NCBI GenBank assembly: GCA_043228905.1
Contig: JBHGNT010000004.1
Coordinates: forward strand, 4,650,001-4,714,000
Origin: Azolla caroliniana
Taxonomy: Eukaryota; Plantae; Polypodiophyta
DNA: 64,000 nt
Reading direction: 5' to 3'
Below, in pieces: positions 47,068-60,497 of this stretch. The first letter of the stretch is position 1, and each line of letters opens with the position of its first letter. Made by a program: the position numbers and the translations under genes. The notes beneath the pieces were generated by a model, which saw nothing but the letters and a program-made list of their open reading frames with translations, did no database searches and was not told where the DNA came from.

Positions 47068-48055
47068 TGAAACACTTGGACATTTATATGGATCAATTCA
47101 TTATTACAATGAAGTGATTGGAGGATTTGAGAAATCAATTGAGTATTATACAAGAACCGATTGAGTGTTATGCACTATAATGATGTAACCATATGTGTTG
47201 ATTAATCAATTAAGCATCGAATATGAAGCAATTACACGTTGTCATGAAATTAAGTAAACAAGTATCACATGCATAAATTGGATTGAATTGGATGAAATTG
47301 AGGATGAGTGGGTCGAATTAGGACAAAGTGGTGCAATTGAATGAGTAATTAACAATTAGAACAATGAGAATGCGGTTAAACAAGAGGATGGGAGTATATT
47401 AGAGAGAAGGATGTCTATGTAGACAAGGGGTGAGCGGATGAACAAGTGGATGAGCAAAGTTGAAATAGACAATAGTGATATATTCTTAATACACTCCCTA
47501 TTTAAGACCTTCTAACATATAGTGTGCATGTGTTTAAAGTGTTATGGAATTCATATTCCTAGGTTAAGCGTCGAGACAAGTGTATTGATCAATAGAATTA
47601 CAAGCTTAGAAATCTTGATCAACAAAGGATATCATACGAGGTCCTCAATACTTGGCTACTTTGATAGACATAAACAAGTACCCTAATTTTGCAATCGAGG
47701 TTCATAGTGCTCAAACAAGGTTTTGTCAAGATGTTAACCCACTTTGGGTAAAGTCTACGAATTGGTCTATATGACCTATGGTTTTAATAAACTACAATAT
47801 TCCACAATGGTTATTAGTAGATTTCTCTAGAAAAAGTAATTAAAGGCATGTTAAAGCTAAAACTAATGCAGACTACGCATTGTTATTCGAGATTCGAAGT
47901 ATGTTCCAAGCTTTCAATGAGTGGAAAGAATGCACATCCCACATATAGTTGTAGAGGGTCATCATTGACCAATTGAAGAAGATGGTGGATGGCAATCATT
48001 TCAAGTTTCTTCTTATAAATCATCTACTTCATACTTGTGGTCAAATAAGCGCCTT

Positions 48056-48742
48056 AGGCCCTTCACATGACTCAAAATGGACATGATGCATGACGATGAA
48101 ACAATGAAATGCTTCCCAAAGTAATAAAAGAAATTGTCAATCTTCTATATACTTCCCTATTGTTAATTATTTGCCTGACATCTCACTTTCGATAGGCCCT
48201 TCACATGACTCAAAATGGACATGATGCGTGGCGATGAAACAATGAAATGCTTCCCAAGGTAATAAAAGAACTTGTCAATCTTCTATATACTTTCCTATTG
48301 TTAATTATTTGCATGACATCTCACTTTCGATAAGCCCTTCACATGACTCAAAATGGACATGATGCATGGCAATGAAACAATGAAATGCTTCCCAAGGTAA
48401 TAAAAGAACTTGTCAATCTTCTATATACTTTCCTATTGTTAATTATTTGCATGACATCTCACTTTCGATAAGCCCTTCACATGACTCAAAATGGACATGA
48501 TGCATGGCGATGAAACAATGAAATGCTTCCCAAGGTAATAAAAGAACTTGTCAATCTTCTATATACTTTCCTATTGTTGATTATTTGCATGACATCTCAC
48601 TTTCGATAAGCCCTTCACATGACTCAAAATGGACATGATGCATGGCGATGAAACAATGAAATGCTTCCCAAAGTAATAAAAGAAATTTTCAATCTTCTAT
48701 ATACTTCCCTATTGTTAATTATTTGCTTGACATCTCACTTTC
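48056..48742. repeat. 138-bp tandem repeat, 5 near-identical copies
   Basis: Units start at 48056, 48194, 48332, 48470 and 48608 (a.gcccttcacatgactcaaaatggacatgatgc...catctcactttc). Confidence 0.97.
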
Positions 48743-49384
48743 AATGTTACAGTTCAGGATACACTAAATGCTCCTTGTAGAGAGAGAGAGAGAGAGAGAG
48801 AGAGTCTCACAATCTTGGCCATTTCATGTATGCCTAAAGGTTGCACAATGTATTATGAAACCCATGATATTACATTACTTGCCATTGTTGCCATGGACAA
48901 AGAAGGCTTTGCATTTTTCTTTTGCAACCTCTTCGATATTTGTTGTGGAGGACAAGGGATAAGATGAGAATCACATGGGTTGCGTGAAATCATCTAGCAA
49001 CCCCTAAGCTCTTCGGGTGAGCTGGAATATTGTAGAACATTGGACTTCTCTATAGACAATTCACACAGGTTTACCTAAAAACAAAAATGGAGATCGTTTT
49101 CCTATTTCTAAGGTATTGGGGATTACGTCATAATTGGGATATGTGCAATGATTTTGTATTTGATGGTAGGCATGGAGACAAAGCATATCTACGAAGTTGG
49201 AAGTGGCAAATTTCTTTATTGGTGGAAGTAGAAATTCTTTCCTCATTGGAGTGTTTGTCTTGCCTATTGGCAATTCAGCATGTTCCACTACCCATGTCGT
49301 TAGTGGGTGACTTTACTCAATTGTGAGGCTCATTGTAAGTAGTGTTTTTACACACATTATCAATATAATTATGTGTTTCACCAT

Positions 49385-49415
<31 letters not shown>

Positions 49416-50149
49416 TCTAGTAGCTTTGCATCTTAAAGAAATCAAGCACACACTTAGAAATCTTTAGAAGCCCTAAGTCATCCTTTTTCTTCTCCTAAAA
49501 TGCTTCCACCGATAGTATGTTAGCAAACATTCTTTTTCATACAAATGCATATGTTACAAAAACATTCTTATGTATTTTTTTTACACTTTTTACCTTAACT
49601 TTCTTACCTTTAAAAAAATTTACCTTATAATAAATAATGAATAAGAAAGTGTGGTATTTACCATACTTCGAGGGTGTTTACTATACTCAAATGATTGAAA
49701 CATTCTTGAATGTTAATGCACGTATGGTTCATACTATGCTTCCACCCTTTCTTTCTTTCTTTTACATATACGGCCTCCCCTAACCCACATTAGGTGTTTG
49801 TATCGGCTCTCCTATGCGAGGATGGTTGAGCATATGGAACCACTTAGCACTTATGTTATACATTTTAGCTTATGCACATGCTTTTTTTTCCCATGAAAAC
49901 CACAAAGGAGAATGAAAGACGAAAAAGAATGACAATGGACATCCTATATTTATTGAACATAGAATGTAGTGGGCCATAATGGTTAGTCCACACCACTTCC
50001 TCTTATGCCACCATCCGTTCAAATGTGACCATCTCCTCTGACTCCATAATGATAACAATTATCCTTCGTTTCCTTTCACCTATTCTCCAACGCGCAATTC
50101 CTGTAATATCACATGAGTTGTGATGAACCATGTTGATGTAGAACGCGGT

Positions 50150-51290
50150 GGGCCACCATGGTTAGCCCACAAGTATCCCATCCCCCATGTCAGAACATAT
50201 GTACGAATCCAACCCTTTCTTGCATCTTCATCTGGAAAGGAATAATGACTATCCGTTTAAGGGAAGAGATATCCATAATTCGATCAACTACAACACACCT
50301 CCTCGACCGTCAAGAATATGCTTCTAACCTCCACACCATCAACACTCATCCTTATCAAGAGATCAACAAGTATGCTTCATTTCCCACATCAACCATCTCT
50401 CCGGTTACCATCAAAATCTTGTACATACAAAAACAAAATGAGTCTAGCCGCATCCTCTCCTCATGAGAATGTGCTTCGGTCCCCACACCATCATCACTCA
50501 TCCTTATCAAAAACAAAAATATGCTTCATGAAGTCCATATCAACCATCTCGCCGCATTCACCAATCACCTACACAACCAGAACAAATAAAACTTCACTCC
50601 ATTGACAACAAATAATATGCTTCTTACCCCCACACCATCTACCCTCATCCTTATCCAAAAATAAATTAATTGCTTCACTTTCTCTACATCAACCATCTTG
50701 CGGATTTACACCAATAGACTTGCAAGACAACCCCAATTCCTAAGGTCCTTGTACTATAGAATCGTAAGATAGGAGGAAACTCAATCAAATAAAACAACCC
50801 TCCTCGGCCCTTAATAATATGCTTCTAACCTCCACAGCAACAACACTCATCCATTATCAAGAATACAAAATTATGCTTCATTTTCCACATCAACCATCTT
50901 GCTGATTACCACCAAAATCCTGTACATACAAAAACAAAAATGAGTCTACTCTCCTCTTGTCATAAAATTATGTTCCAGCCCTTGACACCATCCCTACTCA
51001 CCCTCATCAAAAATAGAAAATACGCTTCATTAACCTCACCTCAATCATCTCGCCGAATCCACCAAACTACTTTCACCAATAGAACAAGTACAACTCCACT
51101 CTTGTGACAATCAATAATCTACTTCTTACTCCCACACCATCTACCACTCCACTCTTGTGACAATCAATAATCTACTTCTTATTCCCACACCATTTACCCT
51201 CATCCTTATCCAAAAAACCAATTCATCGCTTCACTTTCTCCAAATCAACCATCTCACATATTTACATAAATAGACCATTCAAATACGCCT
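50150..51290. repeat. Degenerate C/A-rich ~150-bp repeat with a ~500-bp higher-order duplication
   Basis: tatgcttc..ccacaccatc..ctcatccttatc..catcaaccatct units at ~50318, 50468 and 50617, and again at ~50818, 50968 and 51118. Confidence 0.8.
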
Positions 51291-51309
51291 TGCCCACCTC
51301 ATCCATCTT

Positions 51310-52930
51310 AACTCATGTTGCTTGCACTAAGAACGGCGCCAGTGGTGGAAACAACCAATAAGGTGGAATGTAGTTCCACTTAACCTCTGTACTTGCATCT
51401 AACATAATAGGAATAGATGACCAGACTCTTTGAATTCTCCTTCTTTTACGGTTAGCGATATTTCTATAACCCTTATAACTATCATAATCACCTTTAACCG
51501 TATGTACCAATAAGTCCCAGAAGGACTTAACCTGATCCACAACATGAGTTTTGTTCAGCATTGTATAGCTTGGAACACCTAGCTTTCCAAAGAACCCATA
51601 AGGCCAAAGAGGAGACAATCTACCAAACATAACACCGCGAGAAGATTCCCTGTAGAGAATGCGAACGTGTTAGAACTCGATTTCCTGCAAAGAACTTGAA
51701 GTAGAGTACACCTGAAAACTTCTCACATGTAAAGTCAATGAACTTGAATGATGATAATGATAAAAAGCCATCTGTTGATCCAACATTCCCCAAAAGACTA
51801 CACCCCACATGAAGATAGCCGACCTATACTTATGACATAGTAGACGAAGAATTCGAAACCAAAAACTTTTGGCTGCAACACATTCCCAAAAAACATGATG
51901 CAATGTCTCAGATGTAGACCCACACATAACACATGATCGATCAGGCACTGGTTCCCTCAATAAAGCTCCTACTAGCAATGCATAATGAATCATCATGCAT
52001 CGAAAATGCAATACCTTGTTCATACACTTAATCGACCAAAAATGTTTCCAAAACTTCAACATATGAGAAGACGACACATTACCTTCCTCCCAACACTTTT
52101 TTCCAGCAGGTACCAACTCAATTTGATTCAACAAAAAGTTTCTACCAAAGACCACACAATATGTGAAGAATGGAAGTACCTTCGTTTGCAAAGTATCAAA
52201 CATGCACAACTTCCAACCATAATCAGGCGGATCCCACTATAGATCAAGAATTGGCCTAGAATGTAGAACCCAAATATGACATGAGTAGTTAGAAAATAAA
52301 GGATTAGGATCGATAAATATTTTTTTATCTAATCTAGCAATCGCTCACATTGGCAATTGATTTGCAGAAGAAATTATTGGAGACTCCTCTCCACTAATAA
52401 CAAACTATCATTATCCAAAACTTCATAAAAATACATATTGCCATTTTGAAGATATAAATGAGCTCCAATAAGTATGATGAATGTCTAAAATATACCGTAC
52501 CAACTCTGAAAATGATCGAACTGCAAAGTTGGCACTATTATCTGATACAACATGGATTGGGAGAACATAATATTTGCCCCTCTTAAATTAGTCAACATAC
52601 TCCTTTGGTCCTGCAATGAAGTCTGCAGAAACTTTAACCAATCTGCAACTATATGGGTTGGGCCACTTTCCATTGCAGCCCAAGATAACCTAGGTCGTAA
52701 ACCCAAAACCATGCAACTTCATCAGTAAATAAAGGATTCCATAGCAACGGTTGACGCATGAATTGATGATAAGTTTTCAATGGCAATAAAATATGTGCTT
52801 GACAAATACTTTCCCATGCATAGAGAATTCCATCAAAGAAACGTAAAGAACCAACATTTGATTTAGGTAACAGGAAATCTGAATTAAGGAACCATCTAAG
52901 ACTATCATTCCATTGACTAGCTTATGCACA
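51310..52930 (-). mobile_element. L1-type LINE 3' remnant with zf-RVT domain
   Basis: KHFWSIKCMNKVLHFRCMMIHYAL...CVMCGSTSETLHHVFWEC..AKSFW is the typical plant L1 zf-RVT motif; the region is frameshifted. Confidence 0.85.
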
Positions 52931-53181
52931 TACTTATTTCTTGTAATATATTTCTAAGTAAAAACAAATTGTATTAGCTTCATATGAAAATATGAATACA
53001 CCTAGTAACTCATTGGAAGTAAAATTGCACTTCATGTTTTTCTTAACAAATATATGAGAAACCAAAAATGATGTGAAAATGGGAGAATGTGCTTTGTTTG
53101 GAGGTAATACATACTAGGTGCCATTGGCAACATGAGAACACGATTCCACTACTCTCCCTTGATTAGAAGTTAATTTCCTTT

Positions 53182-55231
53182 TGACACAAACACACCAACT
53201 GCGGACTCGAAAAGAGCACGGATGATGAGCGTGGAACTTAAGAAGCTAGGAATGACACAAGAGCATGAAGTCAGAGATGAAGAAGGAGAAAAGATTGAAT
53301 GAGACGAGAATACTAGATTGATGTGTCAATGACTAGCATTGAATCCCTTGGAAGGGACCAATGAGGTTACAAGTATTTATATTGTGAGTTGAAGAACATG
53401 CATTAGAATATTCTAGAACTTCCTAAAGGTATGTGACTAAACAATATTGTTAGATCAAGTACTTGAATACAAATACATGTTCATCTCAAAATGATTGAGC
53501 ATGATATCTTGTTGAGTGCGGTTGCAGGTTCAACCCTCACCAACTATGTATTTTATGTCACTGTGTCGTGACATTATCCTCCCCTTTACAGTTTCCTTTT
53601 CGAAAGCGTGGTGTAGGGGTGAGCAGGAATTGGAGCACTGACGGGCATGAGCAAACATGTGTGGTCCTCATCGGAGACACGAACACCAACGGATGTGAGC
53701 GACCATGTGCGGTCCTCATCAGGAATTAGAACACAGTTGAGCGACCATGTGTGATCCTCACCAGGAATTGGAAGAGAATTGAGCGACCATGTGCGGTCCT
53801 CATTGGAGACACAAACACCATCGGACATGAGCGACCATGTGCGGTCCTCACCGAAAACATGAACACTAGCGGACATGAGTGACCATGTGCGGTCCTCACC
53901 GGAGGCATGAACACCGGCGGACGCGAGCGACCATGTGTGGTCCTCACTGAAGACACGAACACCGACGGACGTGAGCGACCATGTGTGGTCCTCACCGAGA
54001 ACCGGAACACGAAGAGGCGTGAGCGACCATGTGTGGCCCTCACCGGGAACTGGAACAACAACGGGCTTAGGAATGTAGGTGAAGAGGTCAACTCAACTTC
54101 TTCTATCATAAGAGGGTAAATAGTCAAGGTTGACCCAAAACACGGCACAAATGGTAGCACTAGCGAGAAACTGACTCGATCCCCACCAGGAAAGTGAGTG
54201 GTTATGACCCCCACCAAAACTAGAAGGTGAGCGATCGAAATCGATACTCATCAAAAGAAAGTGGAGTGAAATGTGGACCAAAATGAAAATGGATTACAAG
54301 TGCGCAATGATTCGATCCCCACTAGGAAAGTAAGCAGTTGTAACCCCACCGGAATTGTGAAGGTGAGTGATCGAAATCAATCCTCGCCAAAATCGTGATG
54401 CAAAATGATACTTATAGATGATGACAATGACAATGAAGAGGGCGGAACAATGATGATAATGAAAGACCATGCAAAGTATTGTTGATGAGGATGAAGGTTG
54501 GGCTAAGTAGCGTTGATGAAGACAACAAGAGGTGTTGAAAAATGATGATGTTGAAGATGAGGCAATGAAGACAATGATGATAAGGAAGTATCTCCAGCAG
54601 GAATGGTTGTGACTATGGTGATGATAGCGTCTCTAAAACCAAGGATTTTGATGACGGTAACTCTGGATGCAAGGACGATGACGTTGGTAACTCTAGAAGC
54701 AAGGGCGATGACAACAATAGGTGATGCTTCTAGTTGGAGGGGATTCAAACTGTGATAGACACACAAACCGCGGACTCAAACAAAGCATGGATGATGGGGG
54801 CTACAAACTAGAAGTGATGAGGCTAGAATCTCGGGAAGTTGGGAACGACGATGTGAGGAACTTAAGACACGGGGAACGACACAAGAGCATGAAGACACAG
54901 ATGAAGAACAAGACAAGATGGAATTGAACAAGAATACTAGATTGATGTGCCAATGACCGTGTTTAATCCCTTGAAAGCGACCAAGGAGGTTACAAGTATT
55001 TATATTGTGAGTTGAAGAACATGCATTAGAATATTTTGGAGAATATTCTAGAACCCTCTAGAACCTTCTAGTTCTAGAACTTTCTAGAGATATGTAACTA
55101 AACAGTATTAAATTTAGATCGAGTATATTAAATAATGCTCATATTAAAATGGTTAAACATGATATCTTGTTGAGTGAGGTTGCGGGTTCAATCCTCACCA
55201 ACTATGTATTTAATGTCATTGTGTCGTGACA
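53182..55231 (-). mobile_element. Non-autonomous (TRIM/LARD-like) LTR element, 2.05 kb
   Basis: Direct repeats at 53182-53573 and ~54753-55231, starting TGTCACGACAC on the minus strand. PPT aaaggggaggataa at 53574-53587 (minus). TSD CCTTT at 53177-53181 and 55232-55236. No gag or pol motifs inside. Confidence 0.8.
53649..54060. repeat. Nine 42/48-bp tandem units with constant core GAGCGACCATGTGYGGTCCTCA
   Basis: Directly visible. Unit lengths are multiples of 3 and the variable parts are related to each other. Confidence 0.92.
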
Positions 55232-56894
55232 CCTTTATCATATATGTGCATATCAATTGATCTCACCTCCACTCATAATTGGCTCTTTTTTTGTCCTTCA
55301 TTGTCATCATCATTCTCCCCTTTATATCATCATCCACCATCCATGATTCCTTAGCATGGTTATCAACTATTGTGTTAGGTATCGATGCATTGACCCGACT
55401 ATCTCTTCACATGGCTTGGCTCATCTTGATGATCAAGCATCAAGTGTCAACCCAATCATCTCTCAACTTTGCTTGATGCAAGTTGGTGTGATGATCACTA
55501 GACTCTTGGCTAGTGACCCATCATTGTTGTTTTAGTTATCTATTGGAGTGATGCGGCTCAACTTGGTGATTTCATAGATCTCAAATAACAATTTGCTTCC
55601 ATCCCATTTTGTTACATTCTTCTTCGTGTGACTTTTCTTACCAAATTCTTCATCCACTCTATCATCTTGTTTCTTCATCATTATCTTCTTTGTCGCTTTC
55701 TTTATTGGATATAATGATATATATCGATAAACCAATAGATAGAAAATAGTTGGTTTTGGTGAACGTGGAGTCATTAAGTACAAAGAAACATGGATTAGCA
55801 CCTTAAAACTCAACAAAGATAGTCATATTAGAGTATACAAGTTATGGATTTGTAAGTCTTTGCATCACTAAGACTATATTTTGGGTCATGTCTACATATC
55901 TCCAACCTTTTTATTGTTAAAGGATTGCCACAACAAAGACGCCTTGTAAAGAGATTTTAAATCCTCAATAAATATAATTATACTTTGTTAAACTACTTGC
56001 AATTGTAGCTTTTGTTGATTCGACCTTGCGTATAAAGTCGATGCATTTGACACTACATATTTACCATTCTTTGTAAATTCATTTTATTAATACCATTCGG
56101 AAAGGAGATCATGGCAGATTTTTGGTACTAGACTAAGTCTAAGAAGAACTAAGAATGGAGGTATCAATGACTAACATGTGTTATCTTTGCAGGTAGAGTT
56201 CTTCAACAAAATGTTGCACATGTTTTAGTTTGAGTGTCCCACTACAACTAATGTTAGTGACGACATATGCTCAAGGATGTAAAGGTGCCATTAATTCAAG
56301 TATTTTGTCTAACATCATAAGGGGAACACAATGGGGCTAAAGGATCTATGGTGTGGAAATCAACATGACCAAGTGGTATACTCACTATCGATATAGATAG
56401 TTTCTCTTTTCCTACTTTCTGCTTCTTATCTCTCAAAAAAGAACCAAATCAAAATGAAAACAAGTACCTTGCCAAACCTAAAGATTGGCTTTTCCTAACA
56501 CGCATGCTACCTCGCGAGCTCAAAATGGTGCAAGAGAAGAAAAACCTCATTTGTTCTTCGGCTTGCCCACTATGAATGGGTCTTTAGCATATGCGAGTCT
56601 TCTATTGAGCGAAGCACTCTTGCACCATCAACAAAGCTATTAGTTATGCTAATAGTATCAAGCCACTAGTGGAGGTGCGCGTGCGGCCATAGGCTCGGCC
56701 GTGTCCCATAGATCGAAATGGGTGTGTGTGTGTCTCTTGGGTGGACGTTAAAAAAAAAGATATGGATCTGTCATTAGTTATAACGCTAGCTAGCTAGCTA
56801 AATCTACATACACGGGAAATGAGTTTGTTACAAGGTACTTATAAGACTGACTATATGGTTTGCTTTTCTTCTATCAGAAACCTAACCATCCATC

Positions 56895-56940
<46 letters not shown>

Positions 56941-57040
56941 TCTCACGTTTCTGCTTCTGCCTTCAGCTTATCACAAACCTAATCATTCATCTTTCTCTGC
57001 TTCTCTGTCTCTGTCTCTGTTTCTAGCTTATCACCCTCCC

Positions 57041-57409
57041 ATGAGTACGCCCACATCAAGATTAGAGCTTGGCCATTGCACTGAAGAATTGGGTTGCGAG
57101 AGCTCAAGCAATCTGTGCGGCCTCACGGGTCCTCCTCCTGTTCCAGAGTGTGCATTGGTATTAAGCCATGTGGACCTCCACAACAACAACAACTGCCACC
57201 ATGGCCATAGTGGTAGTAGAAGAGCGTTCACACGTGCCCGGACATTCCCCCCTCCTATCTTCGCTCGCCGCCCATTCCTAAGGGCCTCCAAGTCCAATGG
57301 TCGCTTTGTTCTCCAATGTGTGGAGGAGTCCAACATGTCTTCAATCTCATTCCTTGTCATAAGAGAAGGTGGGAGGCTAAGATTGGATCTCCATTATCTC
57401 ACCTCCTAA
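57041..57409 (+). CDS. FAF: FANTASTIC FOUR (FAF)-like protein, 122 aa, intronless
   Basis: CTEELGCES motif and the FAF domain FPPPI..RPFLRASKSNGRFVL...FLVIREGGRLRL. The upstream (CT)n tract is typical of a plant 5' UTR, so the ATG at 57041 is preferred over 56819. Confidence 0.85.
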   Translation: MSTPTSRLELGHCTEELGCESSSNLCGLTGPPPVPECALVLSHVDLHNNNNCHHGHSGSRRAFTRARTFPPPIFARRPFLRASKSNGRFVLQCVEESNMSSISFLVIREGGRLRLDLHYLTS

Positions 57410-59801
57410 TGAAAACCTAATAATTGCATACATCTCTCGCCCACGCACCCTAGTGATCGATGACAATGTAATGTCTTACGGTCCCTCCAAAAACCATCAC
57501 ATAATGCTGTCCACACACCCTAGGTCACACAATTGGTCTCCGCTGGACATTACATATACATATCTATCTATCTAGGACCACACTGCGCCCCTTTAAAATT
57601 TCACTTCTCACACGTCGTACCTTCTTCCTTGTGATGCTTAAGCTTTACCATAATTGGATATCCTCCCTTGCTTTTCTCACATCATGGTTTTAAGTATCCC
57701 ACAACAAACTTGAGCATTCTTACCTCCTCCTCCCAACTACTTTTTTCTGGATAGAATGGGCGGCGTCACTTATAACTCTAAAGACTTCTAAAGAAAAACA
57801 TAGTGACCAAAGGCAATGAAAAGATGACAATTTGTGTCATCTATGAATTTAAGGTGTCGTCAAAGTATGTCAATCACCCACGACTCTAAAGGCTTGGACC
57901 TCAAGAAAAGCTTAGGGACCATTGGTCATGTGAAGATGGCAATTCGTCATTGATGAATTTTAAGGTGACATCAAAGCATGTGTTTTACAAACGTGCATGT
58001 GAATCTCTACCATAATTGAGGCCCCACAAGGATATACGATCATCCCAATGGGGATTGTCTCCTTTTTCTTCAATTGGCGGGTTCAAATTTGGACCTTGAA
58101 ATAAAGGGATTGTGTTATTGTGATTTTTCAAGGGCTCGTGGGTAGACTAGGACCATGCAAAAATTGTTCATCACGATTCATGTACAAAGCCCAACATTCA
58201 ACATGTGTTTAAGATGAGGCCACATTGATGCCCCCTAATATCAAGCTAACTCCCGTTGATATTAGGATATCAACACGATTTTGATTTCTAGTGGTTACAC
58301 AACTCCAAGTTTGTATAGATTTTCTTTGTTCTATTATTTAAACATAATGGAGAATAATTTAAAAAGCCTGGACTCTCTTTCTTTTGGGTGTGGACTTTAT
58401 AGTAAATGAAACCACAATAAATATTTTGTTACTAGATGTTCATCATTTTGGCTTCATTCTAAGAAAGATAATATTTCAATACCATCAATTAGGTCATAAA
58501 CTATTTTCACGAGTTATATACATATGTGTATGACAAGTTCATGGTATGCATTTTAGATATTAGAAATTCACTATTACTACATCACTATGTATGTATCAAT
58601 TTGAGTAATACAACTTGTCGCCCATATTTGTGATGTGAAGCCTATATTTAGATCCTCGTTGATTGACATGAGCATAAATATACAATTGTTCCAACTTCCA
58701 AGCTTCATATTAATTATGGGGAACATCAAATTTATATAAATACCCAAAACAAAATCTTTGCAATATGTTACATTCAAACATAAGGGCTCGATGATGAGAA
58801 AACCTAAATAAGCACAACATGCAAACTGTTTGTAGGTATGCACCCTTTTTTCTGTCACAAAATGCAAAGATTTCAAGGCATCATATTCTCCCCGTTCAAT
58901 TTGGATGGCCAAACCCTAGAGGTTCTCTTCCTTATGTTCTATGTCTACAAGGGGAAAGAATTTATAGCTATGAGAAATGTTTTATCATGTTCATGCTCTA
59001 AGATTATAACTTCCATTCTAAAGTTGTAAGAACTACAAGAGTATAAATGAGAGAGAATGATGTTATTTAAATTTTTGTTGCTTGGAACCTAATCCATTTG
59101 CATTTAAGGAGGTTATATTTGAGATTAAGAAAAAAAAGGGTTACTACCCTTGCATTTGTTGTTTGTGGACATGTTTGACACCATTTTTTAGCATTTCCCT
59201 TGCTAAGGCCTTGCTATCATTTTTTTGAACCCTTTTCTTCAAGAAAATGAATATATCAAGCCATTTTTAGGAGGAAAATGCGAGTTAATCACAAATGTAC
59301 ATGGTCTCAAAGTGAGAGACAAGGTCACCATACTTACTATGACATAAAGTTAATATTTAGACTTATTATTCCAAACCCACATGCCTATGATCACTGGGGA
59401 TGAAAAATTGTAGACCACGCCATGTAGTTATAATCGAACCCGTATCTCAAAGTTATATGGGTAGAAAACATACTCAACCATTCTTTCTATTTAATCCACA
59501 TAATACTTCTTCAACAACAAGAGTTTGCTTTTTTGGGGGAGGTTTTTGGGTCTAACAATTGGTGTTCTTCGGAGCATCCATGGTATGTAGGTCATGCTTG
59601 CCTACATGGTATATGAAGCAATCGGCCACTTGAAGGGCCGGCCTTCTTCACTACGTTTACATGTTGAAGTCCTTCAACAACTTCAATGTCTATATTATTA
59701 GATGCGTTCAGACATGTCCCAATAAAGAAAGCATGGCACCTTTGGGCTTTTGAAGAAAAGCAAAAAAAGCGGAGAGGCCCCATAGTTTCTCTAGAAAATT
59801 C

Positions 59802-59985
59802 ATATACAATCTATCAATCTATCCGTCCATCAAAGGTTTTAATAACTTTTGTGTGTCAAACTCAACAATTTCTATACAATCTATATCTATCTATCTATAG
59901 TCCATCAAAGGAGCTAACCATTTTTCTGTGTCAAACTCAAAAATTCATTATACAATCTATCTATCTGTAGTCCAAAGGAGCCAAC
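59802..59985. repeat. ~75-bp degenerate tandem repeat, about 2.5 copies
   Basis: tatacaatctat..gtccatcaaagg..tgtgtcaaactcaa repeated at ~59802, ~59873 and ~59949. Confidence 0.7.
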
Positions 59986-60497
59986 ATAGAACCGTCAGAG
60001 ATGCTGAATGAACCTTTCTTAAACACGAGACAAGATTTTGGGTCACCAAAAAAAAAAATACTAGGAATTTAGAATAGAGTTACAGGCCTTATAAAGCTCT
60101 TAATGTCACAAACGTTCAAAATTAGCACGTGCCGCACAGAGTTAGCACGTGCTACAAGTTGAAAGCCTCCAATCTCAAGGAGATATGGATAAAGCGCTTT
60201 GTTAGAGCCAGCAGCTAACTATATGTGGTTGATGATGAGAAGGTCCTTTTCCTTCACATTTAACAGAGGGGATGGGATGGATTCACATACATATATATGC
60301 ATATTGGTAAGGAGAAAATCTGATATGTTTCGAACCAGGGGAAATCTGCAGCAATCATGAGGATTTGATTCCTAATTTGGCATGATCCCCAAGACTATGT
60401 GCTCATGATTGCCTCCTACTTTGGCAATTGCTTCTTCCTAAATTTAAGCCATGGTTTCCTTGTCCTAAATTAGCCATGGTTTACTGATTCTGTTGGA

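Noticed and set aside
53649-54060. CRISPR-like repeat/spacer appearance
   Set aside because: The spacers are homologous to each other, the context is a eukaryotic LTR element, and there are no cas genes. It is a minisatellite.
56819-57040. N-terminal extension of the FAF ORF
   Set aside because: It runs through a (CT)n microsatellite (SLSLSL), typical of a 5' UTR.
60121-60155. Twin G-boxes (ttagCACGTGc x2)
   Set aside because: They lie downstream of the UBL gene, away from an evident promoter, and are explained by a short local duplication.
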